DNA from: a virus
Reading direction: 5' to 3' (one strand)
Length of the DNA stretch: 64,000 bases
Virus record (IMG/VR): IMGVR_UViG_3300048573_000442
The notes below the pieces were generated by a model, which saw only the letters and a program-made list of their open reading frames with translations, had not been told where the DNA came from and searched no databases. The stretch's first letter is position 1; every line of letters begins with the position of its first letter. Of the stretch, positions 8,875 through 17,736 are shown in pieces. The translations under genes were made by a program, and so were the position numbers.

Positions 8875-9432
8875 TTACCGTCTCGGTGTGTACAAATCCT
8901 TTGGTTTCTTGGTAACAGCAGCCTTTAAATCCACTTGATAATAACTTTCTTCTCCAGTATGGAGATTTTTAAAACTTACTATACCAGGAAGGGTTTGATC
9001 GGGGTGTTTTGCGTTTACCATGTGAAACGAATATTTGTTATGCGCAGATTGTAGGAATTTCTGTAAATGATTTCCCTTAACACTGTATCTAGCTGAGGTT
9101 CCAGAAGTATTAACTACTTTATGAACTGCAGTTGATGTAATGGCATCAAGCAGTTTAGCGTATTTTTCTGAAGAAATTTCTTTTGCGGCACCAGAAGCGT
9201 CTAGTGGAATATTCCAATCTGCTGTTGGCAACATTTTCAGAATAGCTTCACGATCTTCAGCGGCCAATCTTTTAAGAGCTCGATTTTTAGCCTCAATAAC
9301 CTCGGGCTGATTATCAATGTCTATCTTGGCAGACTCGGTCATTAAAACAGCTTGACTTTCGCCATCATAGTTGCCAGCTGCTTCCATAATTGGGGGAAGA
9401 CCAGCAAGCTTGCGTAATTGGTTTTTATCCAT
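8875..9432 (-). CDS. Putative head internal/core protein with N-terminal LRKLAG motif
   Basis: MDKNQLRKLAGLPPIME; lies inside the head operon. Confidence 0.6.
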   Translation of the reverse strand: MDKNQLRKLAGLPPIMEAAGNYDGESQAVLMTESAKIDIDNQPEVIEAKNRALKRLAAEDREAILKMLPTADWNIPLDASGAAKEISSEKYAKLLDAITSTAVHKVVNTSGTSARYSVKGNHLQKFLQSAHNKYSFHMVNAKHPDQTLPGIVSFKNLHTGEESYYQVDLKAAVTKKPKDLYTPRR

Positions 9433-9444
9433 TTTCGTTCTGCC

Positions 9445-10059
9445 TCATTTGTAAGAAAGTAAAGAATTCAAGAAATTTTGAATTTCGGTTTTAAGGTATT
9501 TTTGAGCCTTAGGATCATGAGCAACAGCTTCTGCCAAACTCATGATTTTAGGGTTTTCAACTGATTCGCGGACAACGTCGGGATAACAACCAGGGCCAGA
9601 TGGCGTTGCAACAACGTCGACTGTCAGAAATGAGAAATCTTCTACGATACCTTCGCTTGTTACATTACCTGTTCCACGACTTGAAACTCCGAGTTTAACT
9701 CCTCCTTCAATCAAGCTCTTAACGATTAAACCGGATGGAGTATCCAAAATTTTGCATTTGCCGACGGCATTATTTCCGTCCATCCAAGCTTCAGTAATAA
9801 TGTGAGAAACGTTTTTCAAATCAATTGACAAACCATCAGGGTGGTTTAATTCGCCCATGACGTAAGTGCCTTCTTTGATACCGGCATTAATCACGCTAAC
9901 GGCTCGTTCAATTTGTGCTTTTGGATAGACTCGTTGATTAAGATTTCGCTGTTCGGCAGCCATCATGCGGCCAACAAGAAATAGATTCCTTGCTTGATCG
10001 CGTGATTCAAGAAGTTGTGCCTGTGATGGAGCCAAATGCTCGATAAGAAGTTGGTTCAT
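9445..10059 (-). CDS. gp21: Prohead core (maturation) protease (T4 gp21 family)
   Basis: NLNQRVYP, MGELNHP, LKNVSH, GVKLGVSSRGTG, TVDVVATPS.P. Confidence 0.95.
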   Translation of the reverse strand: MNQLLIEHLAPSQAQLLESRDQARNLFLVGRMMAAEQRNLNQRVYPKAQIERAVSVINAGIKEGTYVMGELNHPDGLSIDLKNVSHIITEAWMDGNNAVGKCKILDTPSGLIVKSLIEGGVKLGVSSRGTGNVTSEGIVEDFSFLTVDVVATPSGPGCYPDVVRESVENPKIMSLAEAVAHDPKAQKYLKTEIQNFLNSLLSYK

Positions 10060-10066
10060 GTGTTCA

Positions 10067-10117
10067 CCTCGCTTTTACATGTAATTACGTATTTATAATG
10101 TCAATGTAAAAGCGAGG
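10067..10117 (-). promoter_or_regulatory. Late promoter TATAAATA (10090-10097) inside a perfect 14-bp inverted repeat whose 3' arm carries the gp21 SD
   Basis: CCTCGCTTTTACAT (10067-10080) is the exact reverse complement of ATGTAAAAGCGAGG (10104-10117); on the minus strand the downstream arm ends in GAGG(TG), 5-7 nt before the ATG. Confidence 0.8.
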
Positions 10118-10123
10118 GTATTT

Positions 10124-12331
10124 TCAACGCGGTGCTGTTTCTTCTGGCGCTGGAGCTGAAACAGGTTCGGCTATAGGGGCTTCTGCTGGAGCGCTTTCTG
10201 GCTGTTCTGGTTGAGAGGCTTCTTCTGGCTCTGGCGGTGAGAATTCTTGTCTAGCAGTTTCGTCGTAAATCATTCGCAGATCAATATCATCGTCATCTGT
10301 CTCTTCAATGTTGAGTTCCTGTTTAAGCAGGGTTTCGTTCAGTTTGATATCATCTTCAGTCAATCCCAAATATCGTTTCATTGCAAACCGCTTAGAGATA
10401 AATTTAGTTGGCTCGATTGCGTTAAAACTGTTTATTAAATCTGCATCTAGCGCTGCTTGACGGTACAATGCAAAGTTTTGAGGCTCTGGTAATCTAAGCT
10501 GAAACAACTCTGAATCGACATTGATGCCTGTGACCTTAAGATATGTTTTAAACTGTTCGTCTAAAACATCTTCGATTTGCGCTTGTAGGCGAATGATGTA
10601 ATTGGCAAACCTAAGTTCTTCAATATAAGCAATGCCAACTTTGCCATCAGTAAATTGCGCTCCCTGTGCATCAGGACCCTTCATATAAGACGTAGGAACC
10701 CTTAGCGCGCGGAACACTTTGTTTAGAAAGTAATCAAGCTCTGGAATTTCCCATGCTTGGCCGCCAGGTAAAGTTTCTACACGTGACCCTCGGCCTGCGG
10801 CAGTAACAGGAAAGAAATAGTCCTCGCTGATCGAGTTTTTAGTATAAACTCCTGCGTCCAATGCAAATGTGTGGAAGTCGTGGAATTTTTCACTTCCGTC
10901 AATGGTCAATGTTCCAACGTCTGCATCTTCTACGAATTCGACTGACACTATTTTACAATCTTTAAGTTTCTCTTCAGGCGTTCCAGTATCTTTAGATGGA
11001 GCTAAATCAATTTCAATTTCGTGTTCCTTCTTAAAGTCGTTAACGACTTTACCTAATAGCACGAATTCAGCCAAAGATGTGTCAAAAATCAATTCTTCTG
11101 TTTCTTCAGCCTTTCGCAAGAATGGGAAAAAGCTATCATTTTTTGAAATATGTTGGGCCTCAATAAACCCCTTGCCCTGAATTGGGAATTTATGATCTGG
11201 GGTGCAGATAATATTTTTCCCATTGTCAAGCGTGAGTTTGATGCGCTTAGTATTTTTGCGAGTAACACCAGCCCAAGTAATTAAACCTGGCGCGAATTTA
11301 CCAGTGATGGGATCAATGGAATATGCCCAATTTGTTTTACCTTGTGTGTGCTCAGTAATAATTTCCTGAAGCTCAAGAGTTCTTCCATCCAGAAGGGGAA
11401 TTTTCGTGTCTAATGCTAGACATTCCGGATTATATGAAGAATCTGTTTGATTGGCATTAGATGCACTCGGCACCCGTTTTTGCCTAATGTCGTTTTTAAT
11501 TTGCTCTAGATACTGCTTAACCTTATTAGGCATCATGTTGCCGACATCGATATAAAACACTCTTCGCTCAGGTGCACGAACTACTCGATAGATAATTGCT
11601 GCATCTTCAAGCATAATCAATTTTTGCCAATCGCGATAGGCAGATTGCAGAATTGACAGTCCAAATGGGGCAGATTCGCCCATGTCGTCTGATAAAGAGA
11701 AATGCAGAATGGCCGCTGCAGGACTAATTTCTATTGACTCTGAACTTTGAAAAGTCGAATTAGACATGCGCTGTGTCTGGAAGAACGTAGACGGCCGTAT
11801 GTGATATGCCATCTTGTTACCGCTTTCATCCAATTCGATGCCAACAACTCGAGTAGGATGAACAAACTCCCATGGAGCGGTATCTGAGGTTTTTCTAAAA
11901 AAGCAATCCCCATACTTAATCATGCAACGAGCAATGCTAAAATTCTTTTTTGTGAGGCCGTGAAATTTGCTCCAATGTCTAAGAGATGCCCGAATAGTCG
12001 TCGTCAACCCGTCGCTTAGTTGTTGATTTTCTTCAGTTTGATAATCTATCGTAAATGGTAAACTAGTTCGCTTATCCATATTCGAAATTTCTTCTGCTAT
12101 AGTATCAAGCGCACGAGTAATATCCCCAATGTCCATTGCGTCGTATTGCTTATATCGAGCCAGTCTTGATGAGGACCCGCGTAATAAATTAGCAAACCAA
12201 GACACTGACGAATGAGTTGCATAGCCAGCAGAATTAGTATCAACCCCATCGCCAATTGTGCTCTGGTGACTGTAGCTATCTTTACGAGATGGAGGAGTTA
12301 CGATTCTGAAATAATTTGTCCATTGTGACAT
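10124..12331 (-). CDS. gp20: Portal protein (T4 gp20 family), intein-containing
   Basis: LEDAAIIYRVVRAPERRVFYIDVGNM, SEDYFFP..GRGSRVETLPGG, YFLNKVFRALRVPTS, EELRFANYIIRLQ. Confidence 0.95.
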   Translation of the reverse strand: MSQWTNYFRIVTPPSRKDSYSHQSTIGDGVDTNSAGYATHSSVSWFANLLRGSSSRLARYKQYDAMDIGDITRALDTIAEEISNMDKRTSLPFTIDYQTEENQQLSDGLTTTIRASLRHWSKFHGLTKKNFSIARCMIKYGDCFFRKTSDTAPWEFVHPTRVVGIELDESGNKMAYHIRPSTFFQTQRMSNSTFQSSESIEISPAAAILHFSLSDDMGESAPFGLSILQSAYRDWQKLIMLEDAAIIYRVVRAPERRVFYIDVGNMMPNKVKQYLEQIKNDIRQKRVPSASNANQTDSSYNPECLALDTKIPLLDGRTLELQEIITEHTQGKTNWAYSIDPITGKFAPGLITWAGVTRKNTKRIKLTLDNGKNIICTPDHKFPIQGKGFIEAQHISKNDSFFPFLRKAEETEELIFDTSLAEFVLLGKVVNDFKKEHEIEIDLAPSKDTGTPEEKLKDCKIVSVEFVEDADVGTLTIDGSEKFHDFHTFALDAGVYTKNSISEDYFFPVTAAGRGSRVETLPGGQAWEIPELDYFLNKVFRALRVPTSYMKGPDAQGAQFTDGKVGIAYIEELRFANYIIRLQAQIEDVLDEQFKTYLKVTGINVDSELFQLRLPEPQNFALYRQAALDADLINSFNAIEPTKFISKRFAMKRYLGLTEDDIKLNETLLKQELNIEETDDDDIDLRMIYDETARQEFSPPEPEEASQPEQPESAPAEAPIAEPVSAPAPEETAPR
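10835..11422 (-). mobile_element. Mini-intein (196 aa) in the portal protein
   Basis: N-terminal splice junction E|CLALDTKIPLLDG, block B ICTPDHKF, C-terminal VGTLTID..HTFALDAGVYTKN|S; no LAGLIDADG motif. Confidence 0.9.
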
Positions 12332-12343
12332 GTTTGGTACCTA

Positions 12344-15268
12344 TTAAAAAGCGTCTACTGCTTGTGGGGTGTTTCTACGCCCGAACATTGGCTCGGAAAT
12401 TTTAAACGTTGGCGTATTTTGGGGGGCGATAATAGCCAATAATCTAACAGCTTCATTTAGAACCTGTGTTATTTGGACTAATTGGTTTTGAGCGGCAACA
12501 TCAGAAACTTGAATGATTCCTGATGCTGATCGTGAACTATTTATCAGTTCTGACGAAGCTGCTTCCCGTTCTGGCGGGGAAATAGAAGATTTTGACGTTG
12601 ATGAAGGGCTCGCGTTATAAACATCGTAAACGCCTGTTGCGAGCCCGCTTGCTGCTTTTGTCGTCTTGGTGCCAAAGTCCGCGGCTTCGTCGCCGCCATT
12701 GAACAGATCGTAAATCCAGCCACCCAGGGTGGTCTGACTGCCCGTCAGTGTACTGGTCAGCTTGTTGATGGGCTCGACCAGCAGCGTGCCGACTCCGTAC
12801 ATAGCAACGCCAACGCCTGCGACAAGGCCAGCAGAACCAAGCGCTGCACCGCCTCTTAGCATTGTTGCGCCCAATGGCAATAATGCTTTGCCCAACCCGG
12901 ATACCAACGATCCTGCGCCAGCGCCTCCAAGCGCAAGTAATGATTTTGCAGCTAGCCCACTTGAAAATGCGAGGCCAGTGATTGCGGCTGCTCCAGCTAA
13001 AGCAGCAACTGTTAGGGAATTAGTTGCAATAGAAACTGCAGTTTCCCTAATTTCAGTAAGGTGCATAATCGTATTATCAGGTTTGGCAGCCTCTTGTGAC
13101 CTAGCTCGCGCTTCTTCACTGGTCCCGATTTTTGCCCGCTCCTTAATTGCCATTTGCGAGTACATATCTAGCTGATTCTCAATGTCTGCTCCAGGAGAAG
13201 TAGCTTCAAGCATAAAATCGCGAATCGTCCCCTGTTGGAGGCCTACGGCCTCTGTTTCATATGTTCCCCTTCTTGCAGCAACGCGTTCTAAAAGTTTCTG
13301 ATATTCTTCAGTTTCGCTACCTTTACCGGTAGTCTTCCTCATACCTTTTACAGATAAATGATATGCGCGCATTTGTTCCTCTGCGCTGAAACCAAGTGCT
13401 CCCATTTGAACCATTAGTTTCGCACCACCTTCAAATCGTTCACGGACCTTTGCGCGTTTTGCAGCTTCTTGTATCTTTATTGCGTCCTGCGCCTGCTGAA
13501 TGCTTAAGCCCCGAACATGTAGTTCGTTTCGCTGGGATTCCAAATTATCGCTGTATGCTTGAGACTGTGCAGCAGTCATGCCAAGCATGGTCTTCATGAC
13601 ATCTTCGCCGCCAAATAATTCGCTATTCAGGCTAGCATATTCAGCAGCGTTTATGTTTATAGTTCCCGATAGCTTATTAAAGGACTCCATCGTCTTTCGC
13701 ATATACCCGTTTAATGCATTTTCGTTAGACGTATCAACTCCGCTTGAGATTGCCGCTTCAGTTGCGGGAGCTATTATTGCAGCCGCCTGTTTAAATGAGT
13801 ATCCGAACTCGTTAAAAGTGTTTTCAAAACCACTGCGAAGCGAGCCAAATGCGCTTGCACCATAATTTGCCATTACCCTTTTGTTATCCAGCATGAACTT
13901 TGTAGTTTCATCAAAGCTCATTCCCATTGCAATCGACTTTTGCTGAACATCAAGATACGATGTTGCTATGCTAGCTACGTTGAAGTCTGAAGTCTCAGAC
14001 ATAATGGTCAGTAAGGCAGTTGCGGTTTTACTAAGTGCTGCTACTGTTCCGGCGTAGGTAGAAAGTTCGCCGATCTTATTGGTTCCTGCCTCAGCTAGCC
14101 CATCAAGAGAAAACTTACGTTTGATGGCGCCTAATGCAGTGTTCGCATTGACGCCAATCTTATCTAGGCGCTGGGTAGTTTCGGCTGTGGTTTTATAAAA
14201 GGTTTCTAAAACTTCTGCGAGACGACTAAGTTCTTTATTAACTGTTATTTTCGCTTCTTCATCTTTGGGATCGACATTGCCGAAATCCCCGCTTTGCATG
14301 CGTGAAAGAATCTCTGTAACATCTGAAGGAAGTTTGACCTTTAGGGATTTTAGTTGTTCGAATGCAGCCGCCATAGATGCTTGCATTTCTTCGCCTTGTC
14401 CAGGAACGGCGTTGCTTGCGTTGGCATCGTTATACGTTTTTAGAATACCTTCAGACAGCATCTCCTCGACAGACTTTCCACTCATACTCGAGAAATCTTT
14501 AAATGCTTCTCCGAGTGCAACGTTTGCCTCGCCCATCCTTATTCGGAGTTGGGAAAAGTCATCCGGCATCAAGTTGTTATTAAACTCGTTTGCCGCTTCA
14601 TCGATCAAGTTCATTGCGACCAACATGCTTCTTGACATGTCGTTGGCCTTCAAAATCTTTGTCGCATCAGTCAACTGCGAGACATATTTTGCATGATCTG
14701 CAGATGTAGCATCCGAATTAATTTCTGCTGCTCTACTAATAAGAGCTGCATTCATAAGGCTCGAGTTTCTTTGAACTACGCTGAAATTGTTTGATAACCC
14801 GGTTGTTCCCTTAACAAGGTTTTTAAACGCCGCAACCTGTTGCGGAAGCGATAACCTAATGAGTTTTGTATACTCAATCGTGAGTTTGTCTTGGGTTTGC
14901 TTTACCCCCTCGGTAGATTGGGCAAGTTGTTCTTGAGCTTTTTTAACCCGTTCGGCTTTACTTCCGCTAGACGTGCCCCGTGGATCACTTGCTGCAGCAC
15001 CGATTAAATTTCTGAATGCAGCAGTAGACTCCTTTAAAAGGCGGTTTTGCGCAGTCAGGTTTTTTGAATTCAGACGAAGCTGACGTTCATAATCGTCCAT
15101 CGCAGCTTCACCGAAAGCACTCATGTTTGAAGAGCGCGTGGAACGTGAAGAACTTGCTGCTCCGCCACCACTATGAGATGCGCCTGTTACTCGAGCAAGT
15201 GTGTTTACGCTTGAAGTAAGAGCTGTTATAAGCGCGTTTAATTGTGCATCAGAGTATTGTGTTGACAT
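12344..15268 (-). CDS. Tape measure protein (putative)
   Basis: 974 aa, Ala/Ser/Gly-rich and helical, with a hydrophobic C-terminal stretch and a TLGGWIYD motif; adjacent to tail-chaperone-like genes. Confidence 0.7.
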   Translation of the reverse strand: MSTQYSDAQLNALITALTSSVNTLARVTGASHSGGGAASSSRSTRSSNMSAFGEAAMDDYERQLRLNSKNLTAQNRLLKESTAAFRNLIGAAASDPRGTSSGSKAERVKKAQEQLAQSTEGVKQTQDKLTIEYTKLIRLSLPQQVAAFKNLVKGTTGLSNNFSVVQRNSSLMNAALISRAAEINSDATSADHAKYVSQLTDATKILKANDMSRSMLVAMNLIDEAANEFNNNLMPDDFSQLRIRMGEANVALGEAFKDFSSMSGKSVEEMLSEGILKTYNDANASNAVPGQGEEMQASMAAAFEQLKSLKVKLPSDVTEILSRMQSGDFGNVDPKDEEAKITVNKELSRLAEVLETFYKTTAETTQRLDKIGVNANTALGAIKRKFSLDGLAEAGTNKIGELSTYAGTVAALSKTATALLTIMSETSDFNVASIATSYLDVQQKSIAMGMSFDETTKFMLDNKRVMANYGASAFGSLRSGFENTFNEFGYSFKQAAAIIAPATEAAISSGVDTSNENALNGYMRKTMESFNKLSGTININAAEYASLNSELFGGEDVMKTMLGMTAAQSQAYSDNLESQRNELHVRGLSIQQAQDAIKIQEAAKRAKVRERFEGGAKLMVQMGALGFSAEEQMRAYHLSVKGMRKTTGKGSETEEYQKLLERVAARRGTYETEAVGLQQGTIRDFMLEATSPGADIENQLDMYSQMAIKERAKIGTSEEARARSQEAAKPDNTIMHLTEIRETAVSIATNSLTVAALAGAAAITGLAFSSGLAAKSLLALGGAGAGSLVSGLGKALLPLGATMLRGGAALGSAGLVAGVGVAMYGVGTLLVEPINKLTSTLTGSQTTLGGWIYDLFNGGDEAADFGTKTTKAASGLATGVYDVYNASPSSTSKSSISPPEREAASSELINSSRSASGIIQVSDVAAQNQLVQITQVLNEAVRLLAIIAPQNTPTFKISEPMFGRRNTPQAVDAF

Positions 15269-15291
15269 GGGCTTTTACGCTCTCAGGACTG

Positions 15292-15322
15292 TATAAATAG
15301 AATAGGGCTTAGTCTATTTATT
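15292..15322. promoter_or_regulatory. Face-to-face pair of late promoters (TATAAATA + at 15292-15299; AATAAATA - at 15315-15322)
   Basis: Both motifs lie in the 105-nt gap between the divergent tape measure and gp26-like genes. Confidence 0.7.
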
Positions 15323-15373
15323 GCTCAATGTAAAACCCTGAACTAGACCATAATTTATAATATCGGAGAAACA

Positions 15374-16159
15374 ATGTCAGATACAAACCCCCTTTTAAGT
15401 TCACTAAAATTGCCAGGGCGCATTTTCCAAATCCCTTCGCGCGGGGTGTTTTATACAAATGGTGAACTATCGCCAAATGTAAAAAATGGCGAACTTCATG
15501 TTCGCGCGATGTCAGCGCTTGATGAAATCAACTTAAAAAATCCTGATCAATTGTTTTCCGGTGACGCTTTGAATGCAGTGTTTAAAACGTGTATTGATGG
15601 AGTTGAAAAGCCGACAGAGCTTTTAGCTAAGGACGTTGATGCTATTATGATGTTTTTACGAACTGTTACATATGGCCCAAATTACGAGTTCATCGCAAAA
15701 CATACTTGCGAAAATGCTAAAGAGCATACTTACGTTGGCAACGTTGACGAAATGATTAATCGAAGCGTCATGATTGACCCGACACAGGCGGAGAAACAGT
15801 ACACTGTCACGCTTTCAAATGGGCAGACGGTCTACATTAATCCGAACCGCTACCAGCAGATCCTGGATGTCATCAAATTCAATCAGGGCAAAACTGAAAT
15901 CACTGTTAAGGACCAACAAGACAACTTGATCATGATGCTCCTGGCAGTCGTCAGCCGCATTGATGCTGTTACAGATAGAAAGCATATTGAAGAGTGGTTG
16001 CGTTCGGCTCCTGTTACATATATTAACAAGATTGCATTTCAATCTGAAGCTGTTAATAGCTGGGGCCCCAATCTCAAATATACATGTAAGTGTAAAGATT
16101 GTGGTGAAGAATTTGAAGTTGATATCCCTATCAACCCAGTAACTTTTTTCACAGAATGA
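15374..16159 (+). CDS. gp26: Baseplate hub / tail assembly chaperone (T4 gp26-like family)
   Basis: IPSRGVFY, LHVRAMSALDEI, LLAKDVDAIMMFLRTVTYG, C-terminal CKCKDCG..IPINPVTFF; GGAG RBS. Confidence 0.8.
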   Translation: MSDTNPLLSSLKLPGRIFQIPSRGVFYTNGELSPNVKNGELHVRAMSALDEINLKNPDQLFSGDALNAVFKTCIDGVEKPTELLAKDVDAIMMFLRTVTYGPNYEFIAKHTCENAKEHTYVGNVDEMINRSVMIDPTQAEKQYTVTLSNGQTVYINPNRYQQILDVIKFNQGKTEITVKDQQDNLIMMLLAVVSRIDAVTDRKHIEEWLRSAPVTYINKIAFQSEAVNSWGPNLKYTCKCKDCGEEFEVDIPINPVTFFTE

Positions 16160-16380
16160 TTAAAGCTGGTAATATGTCCGCTATTGAGCAGCATATTATC
16201 AAGTTGGGCAATGAAATCAAGCACTTAGTCAAAGCGGCCTTTGAAATTTCTTACTGGTCAAGAGGCGCTTGGAGCTATCACAGTGTTTTGGCAATGTCTC
16301 AGGCTGAAAGAGAAATAGCAACAGATTTCATTAATGAGCGACTAAAGGTCGCTTCAAAGTCCGCGCATCCAGTTTATTGA
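16156..16380 (+). CDS. Small tail/baseplate assembly chaperone (GT-like C-terminal partner)
   Basis: WSYHSVLAMSQAERE..DFINERL pattern; ATGA overlap in the -1 frame of the gp26-like gene. Confidence 0.7.
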   Translation: MIKAGNMSAIEQHIIKLGNEIKHLVKAAFEISYWSRGAWSYHSVLAMSQAEREIATDFINERLKVASKSAHPVY

Positions 16381-16418
16381 TCAGCTGCCCAATTCATACA
16401 CTTCTAAGCAGCAAAAAG

Positions 16419-16444
16419 AAAACCCGCTCAAGAGCGGGTTTTTT
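16419..16444. terminator. Bidirectional Rho-independent terminator
   Basis: AAAACCCGCTC-AA-GAGCGGGTTTT(TT) between convergent genes. Confidence 0.85.
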
Positions 16445-16467
16445 GTGTTCTTCATACTAATAGTAAC

Positions 16468-17736
16468 TTATTCGCAATATGATTCGACTTTAATTCGAAG
16501 TCCATGTTTTTCAAACACATCATTCGCAAACGTGTTCTCATCACTAATAATAACTCCGTCGAGCCCATCATGAGCATTGACTCCACTGAAGTTAGTCATT
16601 TCCCAAATGTTGTATCTCTGTTCCCGTTCCCATGAGAAATACATTTGAAACACCTTTTTAAGGTTTTCAGAAGTCGGCTTTATCTTTAAGACGTTAAGAC
16701 AAATATCCTTCTTAGCAGCCCTAAATTGCCTAGTTATAGTTTGCAATCTGTTACCAGCGCTAATGAGTTGCTCAGCAGTCAGTGTTGGGTTAGCCTGCAT
16801 AACAACCCGAACTGCTTCTGAACGTGAAGAACCATCTAGCATAAGGCCGGGACTGGCCCTAGATCCATTTGACAGGGCCATAATTAAGGTTTTTACATGT
16901 TTTAAATTCTCACTGCTAATAGGTAGATGCAGAACATTCTTACATATGTCCTCTCTAAACTCTTTTTTCTGCCTGTCCGCCTTTAACAGTTCGGGATATT
17001 TTAGCTCGAGCAACTTCATATTTCCCATGTATTTTCGATATAAATGACTTACGAGAAACTGGCAATATGAATTCTCAATGTCGACTACCGTCCCGAATAA
17101 TTCCTTTCGAAGCCAACCCGGCCACATTTCAAGGCTCCTAATTGGCCAAACAGAAACATCGCGGGCTTGTAGTTTCCCAGCGGCTTTGTAATAAAACGTG
17201 ACACGCTCTGCTTCATAAAGCCAATTCACTGCACTAATAAGTTCTTCTTTGCCTTCTGAATGTAATCGCTCTTTGACATATAGCCAACGATCTTTTCTAA
17301 CAACGACTTCTGAAGTTACATAATCTTTTTCGTCTGGTTCAGGCCCAGGACAAAACTTTGATGTGTTCAGAAGCTGTTCAATTGCTGAGATTAACTCGTC
17401 AGAAATCTTTTTAGGGCTTACTAATGTTGCGCTCTTGGTGCCATTGTTGAAATTGAACCCAGTTCTTTTAATTGTGAAAAAATGCGTAAGAATCTTTTTT
17501 GCATCGCCAACTTGAGAAGTCAGGGCAGTCAGCAACATTTCTTCTTCTAATAACCCTGGAGCCTTTCGAAGTTTTGAAGTTGCATGATACCAAGCGACAG
17601 CAATGGACAAAACCATTGCCTGTCGCCGTTTTCTTTTACTCCACCACATGCCCTCAAGATTATAAAAATTGCTGACATGTAACGGGTTAGTGCGTTCAAT
17701 TTCTAATGAGGTCCTTATGGGGTGAAAAAATATCAT
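16468..17736 (-). CDS. Family-A polymerase-like palm protein (TV-Pol-like), no exonuclease domain
   Basis: GKLQAR..WP..LRK, motif A-like VVDIENSYCQFL, motif B-like KHVKTLIMALSNG, motif C-like NAHDG. Confidence 0.55.
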   Translation of the reverse strand: MIFFHPIRTSLEIERTNPLHVSNFYNLEGMWWSKRKRRQAMVLSIAVAWYHATSKLRKAPGLLEEEMLLTALTSQVGDAKKILTHFFTIKRTGFNFNNGTKSATLVSPKKISDELISAIEQLLNTSKFCPGPEPDEKDYVTSEVVVRKDRWLYVKERLHSEGKEELISAVNWLYEAERVTFYYKAAGKLQARDVSVWPIRSLEMWPGWLRKELFGTVVDIENSYCQFLVSHLYRKYMGNMKLLELKYPELLKADRQKKEFREDICKNVLHLPISSENLKHVKTLIMALSNGSRASPGLMLDGSSRSEAVRVVMQANPTLTAEQLISAGNRLQTITRQFRAAKKDICLNVLKIKPTSENLKKVFQMYFSWEREQRYNIWEMTNFSGVNAHDGLDGVIISDENTFANDVFEKHGLRIKVESYCE

